Positions 8,001-15,600 of a DNA stretch of 32,000 bases are shown piece by piece (positions within the stretch are counted from its first letter, which is position 1; every line of letters starts with the position of its first letter). Position numbers and translations under genes: made by a program. The stretch is from Trichodesmium erythraeum IMS101 (GTDB lineage Bacteria > Cyanobacteriota > Cyanobacteriia > Cyanobacteriales > Microcoleaceae): positions 3,330,001 through 3,362,000 of the forward strand of contig NC_008312.1 in the NCBI RefSeq assembly GCF_000014265.1. The letters are read 5' to 3'. The notes beneath the pieces are model-generated. The model was not told the DNA's origin, searched no databases, and saw only the letters and a program-made list of their open reading frames with translations.

Positions 8001-10364
8001 TATAAAAATTCATATATTCCTCAAATTCTTGAAAATGATCAAATTGAGGAAAATTTACAAGACTTGAATTCTGAAGTTCCAGGAGAGTCTGTAAAATGGA
8101 GAGATTTTCTGGAAAAAGTCGCTCAAAAATATCGTTTAAGTTCTAGTCAAAAAGAAATTTTAATTAATCTATTTCCAAGTTCCCAAGAATTTCTTTCTAT
8201 TTCTGAACTAGCTCAAAAACTGTCTCTTTCAACTTCAGCCATTAGGGGTCGCTTAACTAATATCTTTCGTAAATTTGAAAGTAAAAATCCAGATTTATTT
8301 GCATCTCAAAAATATTCTCGACTAGAAGCTCTGCATTTATTTTTATCTTCTGAATATAAAAATTCATATATTCCTCAAATTCTTGAAAATGATCAAATTG
8401 AGGAAAATTTACAAGACTTGAATTCTGAGGTTCCAGGAGAGTCTGTAAAATGGAGAGATTTTCTGGAAAAAGTCGCTCAAGAGTATGATTTAACTTCTAT
8501 TCAAAAAGAAATTTTAATTAATCTATTTCCAAGTTCCCAAGAATTTCTTTCTATTTCTCAAGCTGCTCAAAAACTGTCTCTTTCAACTTCAGCCATTAGG
8601 GGTCGCTTAACTAATATCTTTCGTAAATTTGAAAGTAAAAATCCAGATTTATTTGCATCTCAAAAATATTCTCGACTAGAAGCTCTGCATTTATTTTTAT
8701 CTTCTGAATATAAAAATTCATATATTCCTCAAATTCTTGAAAATGATCAAATTGAGGAAAATTTACAAGACTTGAATTCTGAAGTTCCAGGAGAGTCTGT
8801 AAAATGGAGAGATTTTCTGGAAAAAGTCGCTCAAGAGTATGATTTAAATTCTATTCAAAAAGAAATTTTAATTAATCTATTTCCAAGTTCCCAAGAATTT
8901 CTTTCTATTTCTGAACTAGCTCAAAAACTTCTCAGTTCGGCTTCAGTTATTAAAGGTCGCTTAAATCATATTTTTCCTAAATTTGAAAGTAAAAATCCAG
9001 ATTTATTTGCATCTCAAAAATATTCTCGACTAGAAGCTCTGCATTTATTTTTATCTTCTGAATATGTAAATTCATATATTCCTCAAATTCTTGAAAATGA
9101 TCAAATTGAGGAAAATTTACAAGACTTGAATTCTGAGGTTCCAGGAGAGTCTGTAAAATGGAGAGATTTTCTGGAAAAAGTCGCTCAAGAGTATGATTTA
9201 ACTTCTATTCAAAAAGAAATTTTAATTAATCTATTTCCAAGTTCCCAAGAATTTCTTTCTATTTCTCAAGCTGCTCAAAAACTGTCTCTTTCAACTTCAG
9301 CCATTAGGGGTCGCTTAACTAATATCTTTCGTAAATTTGAGAATAAAAACCCAGGGTTATTTGAATCTAGAAAAGGCTCTAAATTAGAAGCTCTACAGTC
9401 ATTTTTATTTTCTCAATATGTAAATTTAGATATTCCTCAAACTATTAAAAATAATCAGTTTCAAATTGGGGAAAAATTACAACATTGGAGTTTTAAAACC
9501 CCTACTGTTAACCGACGTGGAAATATTATCAACACCAGAACTTATACTGCTTCTTATTTCATCGAAATTCTTGGGCCTGATATTAATTTAGAAATGGTAG
9601 CTATCCCTGGTGGTACTTTTACCATGGGTTCTCCTGAAAGTGAAAAGTATAGCGAAGATAATGAACGGCCCCAACATCAGGTAACTGTTCCTTCCTTTTT
9701 TATGGGCAAATATCCAGTAACTCAAGGACAGTGGAAAGCGATCGCCTCTCGAACAGACATAAAAGTAGAAGGAGACCTAGACCCAGAGCCATCATATTTT
9801 AAAGAACCATACGAAAATATAGATAGATGGCACAGACCAGTGGAGCGGGTTAGTTGGAACCAAGCAGTAGAATTTTGTCAAAGACTATCAAAACTAACAG
9901 GAAGAAAGTACAGGTTGCCGAGTGAAGCAGAATGGGAATATGCTTGTCGTGCAGGAACGAGTACACCATTCTACTTTGGAGAAACCATAACACCTGAGTT
10001 AGCTAACTATGATGGGAAGTATACTTACAGCGATGGGCCAAAAGGAGAATATAGAGGGCAAACAACTCCTGTAGGTAAATTTCCACCAAATGCTTTTGGT
10101 TTATATGATATGCATGGAAACGTTCATGAATGGTGTGCTGACGACAGGCATGATAACTATGTAGGAGCTCCTACAGATGGAAGTGCTTGGATTAATAGTA
10201 ATACACATAGTGATACTAAAAGTAGAAAAATCCTTCGTAGCGGCTCCTGGTACGGCTATCCTTGGTGGTGTCGCTCTGGGGACCGCAACAGCTATTTCTC
10301 CGTCGAGGCGAACAACATCATTTTTGGTTTTCGTCTTGTGAGTGTCCCCCCCCAGGACTTTTGA
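4629..10364 (+). CDS. Giant multidomain protein. Order of parts: N-terminal alpha-helical domain, S/T/Q-rich linker, vWA-like domain, helical middle region, 9 tandem HTH modules, C-terminal FGE-sulfatase (SUMF1/C-type-lectin fold) domain.
   Basis: 1911-aa uninterrupted ORF. The vWA evidence is a MIDAS-like VVLLIEDSDSM (DSDSM at 5181-5195), then LILMLSDC and LTILNPFPERMW strands. The FGE-sulfatase evidence from ~9589 is GGTFTMGS, RPVERVSWNQAVEFCQRL, YRLPSEAEWEYACRAG, FGLYDMHGNVHEWC and RSGSW. Each repeat module contains a sigma70-region-4/LuxR-like HTH (LTSIQKEILINLF...LSISELAQKL..S.SVIKGRLNHIFPKF). Confidence 0.9.
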   Translation: MFEKFIAFIKTKEWQLDSMQIAEVLWFVHQVSEQKQEENNSQNLVSSNTEELAENFDQSYDFQLSKTASIQQPKKTPTRSSSSQYPLTTSSSNKSQNTEIQPTSLTTEKLPIKLPDIAILRNTLELSRLIKPFKQKVNSRVAQELDVNETAKISAELSTLNFPRYFPVLTPKKERWLDVVLLIEDSDSMILWQSLLPEVRDFLEHLGAFRDIKLYRIKWDNNSENLQIYPFHSPSLTLSPQELNSSDHRRLILMLSDCISLAWINQKFINILQKWATKEKLTILNPFPERMWENTNLCYAIRLRLGNNKKQNSTQKWDAIPIEYWQEKYLNQQTVKLPILNLEPKSMAAWVNVMVGKGISWCAGAGLGLELMGPEPEEEEEPLTPREQINNFYATFSKEAWQLIQWLSAIPINLSTIRLIQRALLPKSTQINVAEVLMGGLLSPVKPFNSYRFPHQIEFEFQPGIREIFLDRLGGKEFCIGVIGRLTEKIASHFGYETIREFEAILLNEPWNFRDDQDIRLIHTFATISISTLRQYGDKYTDYIPKLDRSRAQLYLMSEVPGESINWRDFLEKVAQKYRLSSIQKEILINLFPSSQEFLSISELAQKLLSSASVIKGRLNHIFPKFESKNPDLFASQKYSRLEALHLFLSSEYKNSYIPQILENDQIEENLQDLNSEVPGESVKWRDFLEKVAQEYDLTSIQKEILINLFPSSQEFLSISELAQKLLSSASVIKGRLNHIFPKFENKNPDLFASQKYSRLEALHLFLSSEYVNSYIPQTLENDQIEENLQDLNSEVPGESVKWRDFLEKVAQEYDLTSIQKEILINLFPSSQEFLSISELAQKLLSSASVIKGRLNHIFPKFESKNPDLFASQKYSRLEALHLFLSSEYKNSYIPQILENDQIEENLQDLNSEVPGESVKWRDFLEKVAQEYDLTSIQKEILINLFPSSQEFLSISELAQKLLSSASVIKGRLNHIFPKFENKNPDLFASQKYSRLEALHLFLSSEYVNSYIPQTLENDQIEENLQDLNSEVPGESVKWRDFLEKVAQEYDLTSIQKEILINLFPSSQEFLSISELAQKLLSSASVIKGRLNHIFPKFESKNPDLFASQKYSRLEALHLFLSSEYKNSYIPQILENDQIEENLQDLNSEVPGESVKWRDFLEKVAQKYRLSSSQKEILINLFPSSQEFLSISELAQKLSLSTSAIRGRLTNIFRKFESKNPDLFASQKYSRLEALHLFLSSEYKNSYIPQILENDQIEENLQDLNSEVPGESVKWRDFLEKVAQEYDLTSIQKEILINLFPSSQEFLSISQAAQKLSLSTSAIRGRLTNIFRKFESKNPDLFASQKYSRLEALHLFLSSEYKNSYIPQILENDQIEENLQDLNSEVPGESVKWRDFLEKVAQEYDLNSIQKEILINLFPSSQEFLSISELAQKLLSSASVIKGRLNHIFPKFESKNPDLFASQKYSRLEALHLFLSSEYVNSYIPQILENDQIEENLQDLNSEVPGESVKWRDFLEKVAQEYDLTSIQKEILINLFPSSQEFLSISQAAQKLSLSTSAIRGRLTNIFRKFENKNPGLFESRKGSKLEALQSFLFSQYVNLDIPQTIKNNQFQIGEKLQHWSFKTPTVNRRGNIINTRTYTASYFIEILGPDINLEMVAIPGGTFTMGSPESEKYSEDNERPQHQVTVPSFFMGKYPVTQGQWKAIASRTDIKVEGDLDPEPSYFKEPYENIDRWHRPVERVSWNQAVEFCQRLSKLTGRKYRLPSEAEWEYACRAGTSTPFYFGETITPELANYDGKYTYSDGPKGEYRGQTTPVGKFPPNAFGLYDMHGNVHEWCADDRHDNYVGAPTDGSAWINSNTHSDTKSRKILRSGSWYGYPWWCRSGDRNSYFSVEANNIIFGFRLVSVPPQDF
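6300..9485 (+). repeat. Nine in-frame tandem copies of a 354-bp (118-aa) coding unit
   Basis: Unit starts (TCTGAAGTTCCAGGAGA) fall at 6300, 6654, 7008, 7362, 7716, 8070, 8424, 8778 and 9132. Copies 2+3 and 4+5 form an apparently identical 708-bp super-repeat. Copies 6, 7 and 9 carry an alternative recognition-helix cassette (KLSLSTSAIRGRLTNIFRKF instead of KLLSSASVIKGRLNHIFPKF). Copy 9 diverges in its second half. Confidence 0.95.
10236..10361 (+). other. Candidate DGR variable region (VR) at the extreme C-terminus of the FGE-sulfatase domain
   Basis: It encodes RSGSWYGYPWWCRSGDRNSYFSVEANNIIFGFRLVSVPPQDF. This aligns with the RGGSW-NNN..N-CRSANRN-NN...-NNN-GFR(V/L)V layout of C-type-lectin-fold DGR targets (from memory). 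The segment is conspicuously A-poor (about 18 A in ~125 nt by hand count) and GC-rich within an AT-rich gene. It ends with a C8 run (10346-10353) just before the stop. Confidence 0.5.
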
Positions 10365-10469
10365 ATAGCCCTTTGCCCTCTTGCCCTCTTGCCCTATTTA
10401 GTCTCGCCAAAGGCTAGTCGAAATTTTTGAGCTTATGTAGTATTGTTGTAATATGTTGCGTGCTATATT

Positions 10470-10604
10470 CCAACTTAATAGAACAAAGGAGTCTGCTATA
10501 CAGAAATTTTCCTCAACAGAAAACCACAGTAAGGACGCCCTACATGCAAAGTCCCTACATGTAACCTCCCTACATTCCGAAAAAACTAATTATTCATTTC
10601 AAAC
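10470..10604 (+). repeat. Copy 1 of a ~120-135-nt dispersed/duplicated intergenic element
   Basis: Shares CCAACTTAA...ATACAGAAA..TCCT...AACCTCCCTA(C/A)ATTC(C/G)GAAAAAACTAATTATTCATTT(C/T)AAAC with 10865-10982. The last ~42 nt differ at 3 positions. Confidence 0.75.
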
Positions 10605-10809
10605 TCTAAACTCTCAACAAAATAGCTGAGTATTGGCCTCAAAGCTAACTCTTTATTCTAAACTGTTCATTCTAAATTCTGAAAAAAACTTCTGAGTCCT
10701 CGTTTTTGCCTTATCTGCGATCGCCTGATAACCCTCTAACCCTTTTCTCCTTTCCCCTTTTGGCCTTTAGCCATAATTTCTTTTTCCTAAAACTTCCCCC
10801 CTTGAGGGC

Positions 10810-10838
10810 TTGACATTTTTTAAAATCAATGATATAAT
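10810..10838 (+). promoter_or_regulatory. Consensus sigma70-type promoter (TTGACA, 17-nt spacer, TATAAT) with no plus-strand ORF downstream
   Basis: TTGACA at 10810-10815, a 17-nt spacer, and TATAAT at 10833-10838. A transcript from it would run through repeat copy 2 and antisense into the 3' end of the minus-strand ORF 10972-11700. Confidence 0.45.
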
Positions 10839-10864
10839 TATAACAGCTTATTACTTAATAAATC

Positions 10865-10982
10865 CCAACTTAACCCCGTAAAGAGGCCTCCCATACAGAA
10901 AAACTCCTGCATAGTAGACCTCTTTATAGATGTTCCATTTAACCTCCCTAAATTCGGAAAAAACTAATTATTCATTTTAAAC
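10865..10982 (+). repeat. Copy 2 of the ~120-135-nt element
   Basis: See copy 1. This copy overlaps the stop codon region of the minus-strand ORF that ends at 10972. Confidence 0.75.
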
Positions 10983-11622
10983 AGCTTATTTTCAAATCTT
11001 GAGGAAACTTCTCAATTAAAGAACAATCAAAATAATAATTACACCAAAACTCAGACACCTCTAATAACATAGGAACAGAAGCAGGAATTAACCCACTACC
11101 ATAACTTGGCTCATAACGTACAACATATACCATAGCCAACTTATAAGCCCAGCTAGAAAAATCTTGTTCAACAAAACAGCGCAAAGCATAATCTAACTTA
11201 AGTAAATAACCACTACGAAAAAAACTTACAGTACTCCAATTAACCCTACCATAATGATTACTTTGTAAACCATCAATTCTTCTCAACAACTCCCAGAAAG
11301 AGTGCTTTTTTTCAGCAGTAGGATCTGCTAAATAATCCTCCATTTGAGCAACAGTATCAGAAATCAAATTAAGGCGAATTGACCATTCTTCTTGAGTAAA
11401 TTCTTTATAACGTTTAACTTCATTCATCTCCTGCTGTAATTTTTTAGCAAGATGAAAAGCAAATAATTCTGCTGCTGTTTTATCTTGAATTAGACTTTTA
11501 AGACTTGTTAAACGAGTAGTAGGTATAGCAAAAATAAAATCTCCATTATTAAGTTGAGATACTACTTGAAGCCATTTTTTAATTTTGTTAGCTATTGCTT
11601 TATCAGTACATTTTTGTTTCAT
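10972..11622 (-). CDS. Hypothetical protein
   Basis: The ORF track gives 10972-11700 with a TTG start. The first ATG (MKQKCTDK...) is at 11622, so the start is ambiguous. I recognise no motif. Confidence 0.55.
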   Translation of the reverse strand: MKQKCTDKAIANKIKKWLQVVSQLNNGDFIFAIPTTRLTSLKSLIQDKTAAELFAFHLAKKLQQEMNEVKRYKEFTQEEWSIRLNLISDTVAQMEDYLADPTAEKKHSFWELLRRIDGLQSNHYGRVNWSTVSFFRSGYLLKLDYALRCFVEQDFSSWAYKLAMVYVVRYEPSYGSGLIPASVPMLLEVSEFWCNYYFDCSLIEKFPQDLKISCLK

Positions 11623-11785
11623 CAGAATATATTTTAATCTGCTTAAATAATAGTCATAAAAATATGCACAAATTAAAAGCCAGAAATTATCCCTGACCAA
11701 GTTTTAACACTGAACTATCTGTGCCTAATATTCAACTACTACAATTGTTTTATCGAAGTTTTCTAAGCATAAACAGGAATCTTTA

Positions 11786-12769
11786 TTAAGCCCCACCATT
11801 GTAAGTTCCATGCACCTTACCATCTAACCAAAGTTCTTGTAAATGTCCCAATACCTCTTCAGAAAGATCAGGCAACATAGTCACAGAAGCATTATCGCGA
11901 ATATGTTCAGGGCTAGATGAACCTGGAATAACCGAAGTCACCGTTTTATTGTTCAAAATATATTTTAAGCCTATAGTCCACATTGGTAAGTTAGTATTTT
12001 TGACGATCGGTTTAATATGATCCACCATTTCCATTTGTTTAGCCACCCAATCATGAGAAGTCCATAAGCCCCGCCAGTCTCCTTCAGGAAACTTATGAGA
12101 AGATGTCCAATTACTCACCAATGCACCAGAACTAAACGGACAGCGTGCTATTATCCCCACCTGATGTTTTTTAGCCATCGGCAAGAGAGTATATTCTGGC
12201 TCCTGTTCCAAAACATTATAAACAGCCATTACCACATCTATCCGTCCTGCTTCGATATGACTATTCGCTTCAGAAGCACGCCGGTCCCCCACTGATACCC
12301 CGATAGCTCTAATTTTTCCCTGTTCTTTTAGCTTGACCATCGCCTCATACCATTCCGTGCGATCGCCCCAAGCCACATTCCAAGTATGCAGAAATAAAAT
12401 ATCAATGCATTCTCGCCGTAAATTTCTAAGTGTGGTCTCGCAACATTTATTTATCCAAGCAGGGGAAAAATAATCATCAATATTATCTTGAGGTTTTGGT
12501 GACCATTCATCACATTGAGGAGGTATTTTACTAGAAATAACCACAGATGGATATCTCTGTAATACCTTTCCCACAACCTGTTCACAATAGCCATTTCCGT
12601 ATTCTAAAGCCGTATCAAAATAATCAATACCCGCCTCTATTGCCACCTCGATCCCCCGACAATATTCAGCCTCCGTTTTTTTCCCCCACACATCCCCTGA
12701 CATTTGCCAAGTACCCAAGCCAACCTCACTAATTTTGATATCCGTATTTCCCAACTGACGTTTTTTCAT
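11786..12769 (-). CDS. Aldo/keto reductase family oxidoreductase
   Basis: MKKRQLGNTDIKISEVGLGTWQM..., DTALEYGNG, LFLHTW and GVS..... are typical AKR motifs. The track start at 12781 is TTG, so I prefer the ATG at 12769. Confidence 0.88.
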   Translation of the reverse strand: MKKRQLGNTDIKISEVGLGTWQMSGDVWGKKTEAEYCRGIEVAIEAGIDYFDTALEYGNGYCEQVVGKVLQRYPSVVISSKIPPQCDEWSPKPQDNIDDYFSPAWINKCCETTLRNLRRECIDILFLHTWNVAWGDRTEWYEAMVKLKEQGKIRAIGVSVGDRRASEANSHIEAGRIDVVMAVYNVLEQEPEYTLLPMAKKHQVGIIARCPFSSGALVSNWTSSHKFPEGDWRGLWTSHDWVAKQMEMVDHIKPIVKNTNLPMWTIGLKYILNNKTVTSVIPGSSSPEHIRDNASVTMLPDLSEEVLGHLQELWLDGKVHGTYNGGA

Positions 12770-13070
12770 ATTTACTGGCAAATTTTGAAGAAAAAAAAGC
12801 TCGACTAAAATTATCAGGGAACAAAAAGCAATTATTAAACCAGTTTTACGGTTATTAAAAAAGATCAGCTTATTATAACCTGCTATAGTCCCAGTCTTGA
12901 GTCATCAGGATTTTCTGTTTGTTTATTATTTAGCTTAAGCTTACTCAAGACTTACCCAGAAAAGCAACTCTAATATTTACCTCCTACAGATAGGGTCTTA
13001 TCCAGTAGTTATTTATATCCTATCTCATAGTAGAATTATTTACATATTTTATCATTATTCTTTAATTAAG

Positions 13071-13733
13071 TCAAGACTGAGAATTACTTAACTCATTATA
13101 TTTTTCACAAATTGCTTTTACCACTAACTGTTGTACCTGATAACAACTAACTACCTGAGAGAGTGGTAGACGCCTTAGTAACCACCAACCTTTTAAATTA
13201 CAGTCCTCTTTGTGGGGATCGAAATGACCTTTTAACCAGCCATCCTCAGTTTCCTCATCCATTAATTGTAACCGAAAGTGATTCCAAATATTTTCAGCTA
13301 CATCCTCCAACCTCTCCGAAGGGTTTTCTACTTCTGGCTTCGTAACAGCTAACCAACATTCAGGCTCTTTTGTATCTGGGACATGAGGATCATTGCATCC
13401 TATCCAATTCCAAACAAACGCTATATAATCTAATCGTTCTATGGGACAATCTTCTATAGCCGTATCTGCGGGGATCTTCTGGGAATTTACATAAAAACGA
13501 CCATACCATTGTGGAACCCAAAGATATATAGGATAAACCTTTTTCTCATAAATATCATAATCTTGGGAAATCGCAAAAAGTCCATTACGAATGGGTTCTA
13601 ATTTTACTCCATATTCCCGCGCCTTAAATTGTGCATCTAAGAATTGGTAAAGTTCCTTAATCTGTTTTTGATATCCTACGACTTGCCAATAGCTATCTAT
13701 TAAATTATTTAATTCATCTGTTTTAATCAGCAT
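13071..13733 (-). CDS. Hypothetical protein (acidic, Trp-rich)
   Basis: 220-aa ORF with an ATG start and coding-like composition. No recognisable motif. Confidence 0.6.
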   Translation of the reverse strand: MLIKTDELNNLIDSYWQVVGYQKQIKELYQFLDAQFKAREYGVKLEPIRNGLFAISQDYDIYEKKVYPIYLWVPQWYGRFYVNSQKIPADTAIEDCPIERLDYIAFVWNWIGCNDPHVPDTKEPECWLAVTKPEVENPSERLEDVAENIWNHFRLQLMDEETEDGWLKGHFDPHKEDCNLKGWWLLRRLPLSQVVSCYQVQQLVVKAICEKYNELSNSQS

Positions 13734-13974
13734 ATTAATCCTGGATAATATATAGTTAATTTAGCATTTCTATATCACCCAGACGAGACAATTTATTACA
13801 GAATTATCCCACAAGATACATGAGACTCTGCACAATTTTCCCATTTACCAATTCATAATTTTTGACTTGATTTTGCCCAATCAATTACATTCTTTAAGTA
13901 ACTATATTATAACTAGCCTCAGCAATAACTTAATTAATTAATCAGAATTATATAGGGCGAACCAATTAAAAAAG

Positions 13975-14047
13975 AGCCGGTGAGGAGACTCGAACTCCTG
14001 ACCGTTCGATTACAAGTCGAGTGCTCTACCAACTGAGCTACACCGGC
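13975..14047 (-). tRNA. tRNA-Thr (anticodon UGU), CCA not encoded
   Basis: The reverse complement is GCCGGTGTAGCTCAGTTGGTAGAGCACTCGACTTGTAATCGAACGGTCAGGAGTTCGAGTCTCCTCACCGGCT, which folds as a cloverleaf. The acceptor is GCCGGTG/CACCGGC, the D arm is GCTC/GAGC, the anticodon loop is CTTGTAA, and the T arm is AGGAG-TTCGAGT-CTCCT. Confidence 0.95.
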
Positions 14048-14105
14048 AACGTTTTTTAATATAGCAAAAGTAGAGCTATTTTGGCAACCCCTATTTCATT
14101 TTTAA

Positions 14106-14486
14106 TTATATTTTTTTTAAATAGCTTAATAAATCGGCCATTTCTTGCTCACTAGGTTGAAATTGCGGCATAGGTGGTGTTTGGCCACTAACTACTTGTT
14201 TAATAATTGCCAAGTCCGACTTATGTTGGGATACTCCCTCTAACCTTGGTCCAACCTGACTATCCATAGATGATTTGTGACAACCTGCACAATTGATCTG
14301 AAAAATATCTTCACCTTTTATGGGGTCTGCCTCAAGAGACAATACATCTTTGCTATAAGGATCAGACACTTGAGATGGCTCAACTCCTAGAAATATAAAT
14401 AAGATTACTAGAAGAACAGCAGAACCAACTAAGCTGATCCACTGCAGCGGGACTTCTTTTTTGATTTCAGCAAGTTGGTTATCCAA
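14106..14486 (-). CDS. Membrane-anchored c-type cytochrome (cytochrome cM-like?)
   Basis: Has an N-terminal hydrophobic helix (WISLVGSAVLLVILFIFLGV), a heme-binding CAGCH motif and a distal Met region PPMPQF. The start codon is TTG, so the start is uncertain. Confidence 0.8.
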   Translation of the reverse strand: MDNQLAEIKKEVPLQWISLVGSAVLLVILFIFLGVEPSQVSDPYSKDVLSLEADPIKGEDIFQINCAGCHKSSMDSQVGPRLEGVSQHKSDLAIIKQVVSGQTPPMPQFQPSEQEMADLLSYLKKI

Positions 14487-15064
14487 AATCTTTTAGAGCT
14501 CAAAAATTATTTACAGAAAAATTTAAAGTTTAATATTGATTTGTACATCTTAACAGATGTAATATTTTCAGTGGTAATACTTTGATTGAAAGTTAAATAT
14601 TTTTTGAAAGTCCTAAGTCTATAACAATATTCTTCTAAAATAGCTTTATATTTTTATGTTTAAGGAAGAAAAAGACAGTTAGTTTTCTCAAGTGCTAACT
14701 TTATGAGAGATTAGTACAAGTTGATGCCGAGCTAGAATCAAAACTCTAATGTTCTCTGCTCATACTGTAGTGCCAAGTTCTCTTTCCCCGGTTATCTAAA
14801 GTTTTTATCCTAGCAAACTATTTTTCCTCACCTCTGTCTTTGTTGAATTTTCTTGAATTGTTTAATGCCCAAAATGTAGAGGTTAGAACCTGCCTCCCCC
14901 AAGAGAAATATTGTCACAACAATAATGTTTACCTGAAAAAAAGAACTAGACTCACCATCTCAAGACAAAGTACAGGTTTTGATCAAATTGATCGTTAGTT
15001 TAACTTTAATCCACTATATTATTGATCAATAACAAACAAAAATTTCATCAAAGGAGTTAGCTTC

Positions 15065-15178
15065 GTGGTAGAACCATTACTTTCTGGAGTAGTACTAGGT
15101 CTAATCCTCGTAACATTGTCAGGACTATTTTTTGCAGCTTACCAACAATACAAGCGAGGTAACCAATTAAATGGTTAA
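15065..15178 (+). CDS. petG: Cytochrome b6-f complex subunit 5 (PetG)
   Basis: Not in the ORF track because it is only 37 aa. GTG start at 15065, preceded by AAGGAG. The translation (M)[36 protein letters not shown] matches the conserved PetG sequence. Confidence 0.9.
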   Translation: MVEPLLSGVVLGLILVTLSGLFFAAYQQYKRGNQLNG

Positions 15179-15600
15179 ATATTAAGGAGCAATAGTTAAC
15201 CAAAACCAAAAATACAAAACTTTTTAAAGTTACTAATATGTCATTATGTAGCTTTAAAAAGCTTACCTTAAAAAATTTAGTTAGCCCTTGACAAAAGCTC
15301 TATATTGAGGTATTGAAATCACAATTATAACTTGTTTAAAAAGGAAAAACTAAAAGCTATTACTTATATATGACTATTTCTAAGTTAAGGGACATAAAAG
15401 AAAGGAAACCATTCTTGTTACAGTGCTGGGAGTGAGTAAGCAACATACTCCAAATTATCAACCAGTGTAATATGGGTTTTGTCCTCAAAGACCAAGACAA
15501 TACATGTAAAAACCATCACTTTTATCCCTCAGTGATAGTATACATATTCAAGACGTAGAGATGGAAAGAAAGTTAAGTTTTTCCATAAATTTATCTATGC

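Noticed and set aside
12095-12732. Plus-strand ORFs 12095-12295 and 12547-12732
   Set aside because: They are antisense shadows inside the well-supported aldo/keto reductase gene. Their composition is low-complexity and Pro/His-rich.
13163-13345. Plus-strand ORF of 60 aa
   Set aside because: It is an antisense shadow inside the 13071-13733 ORF.
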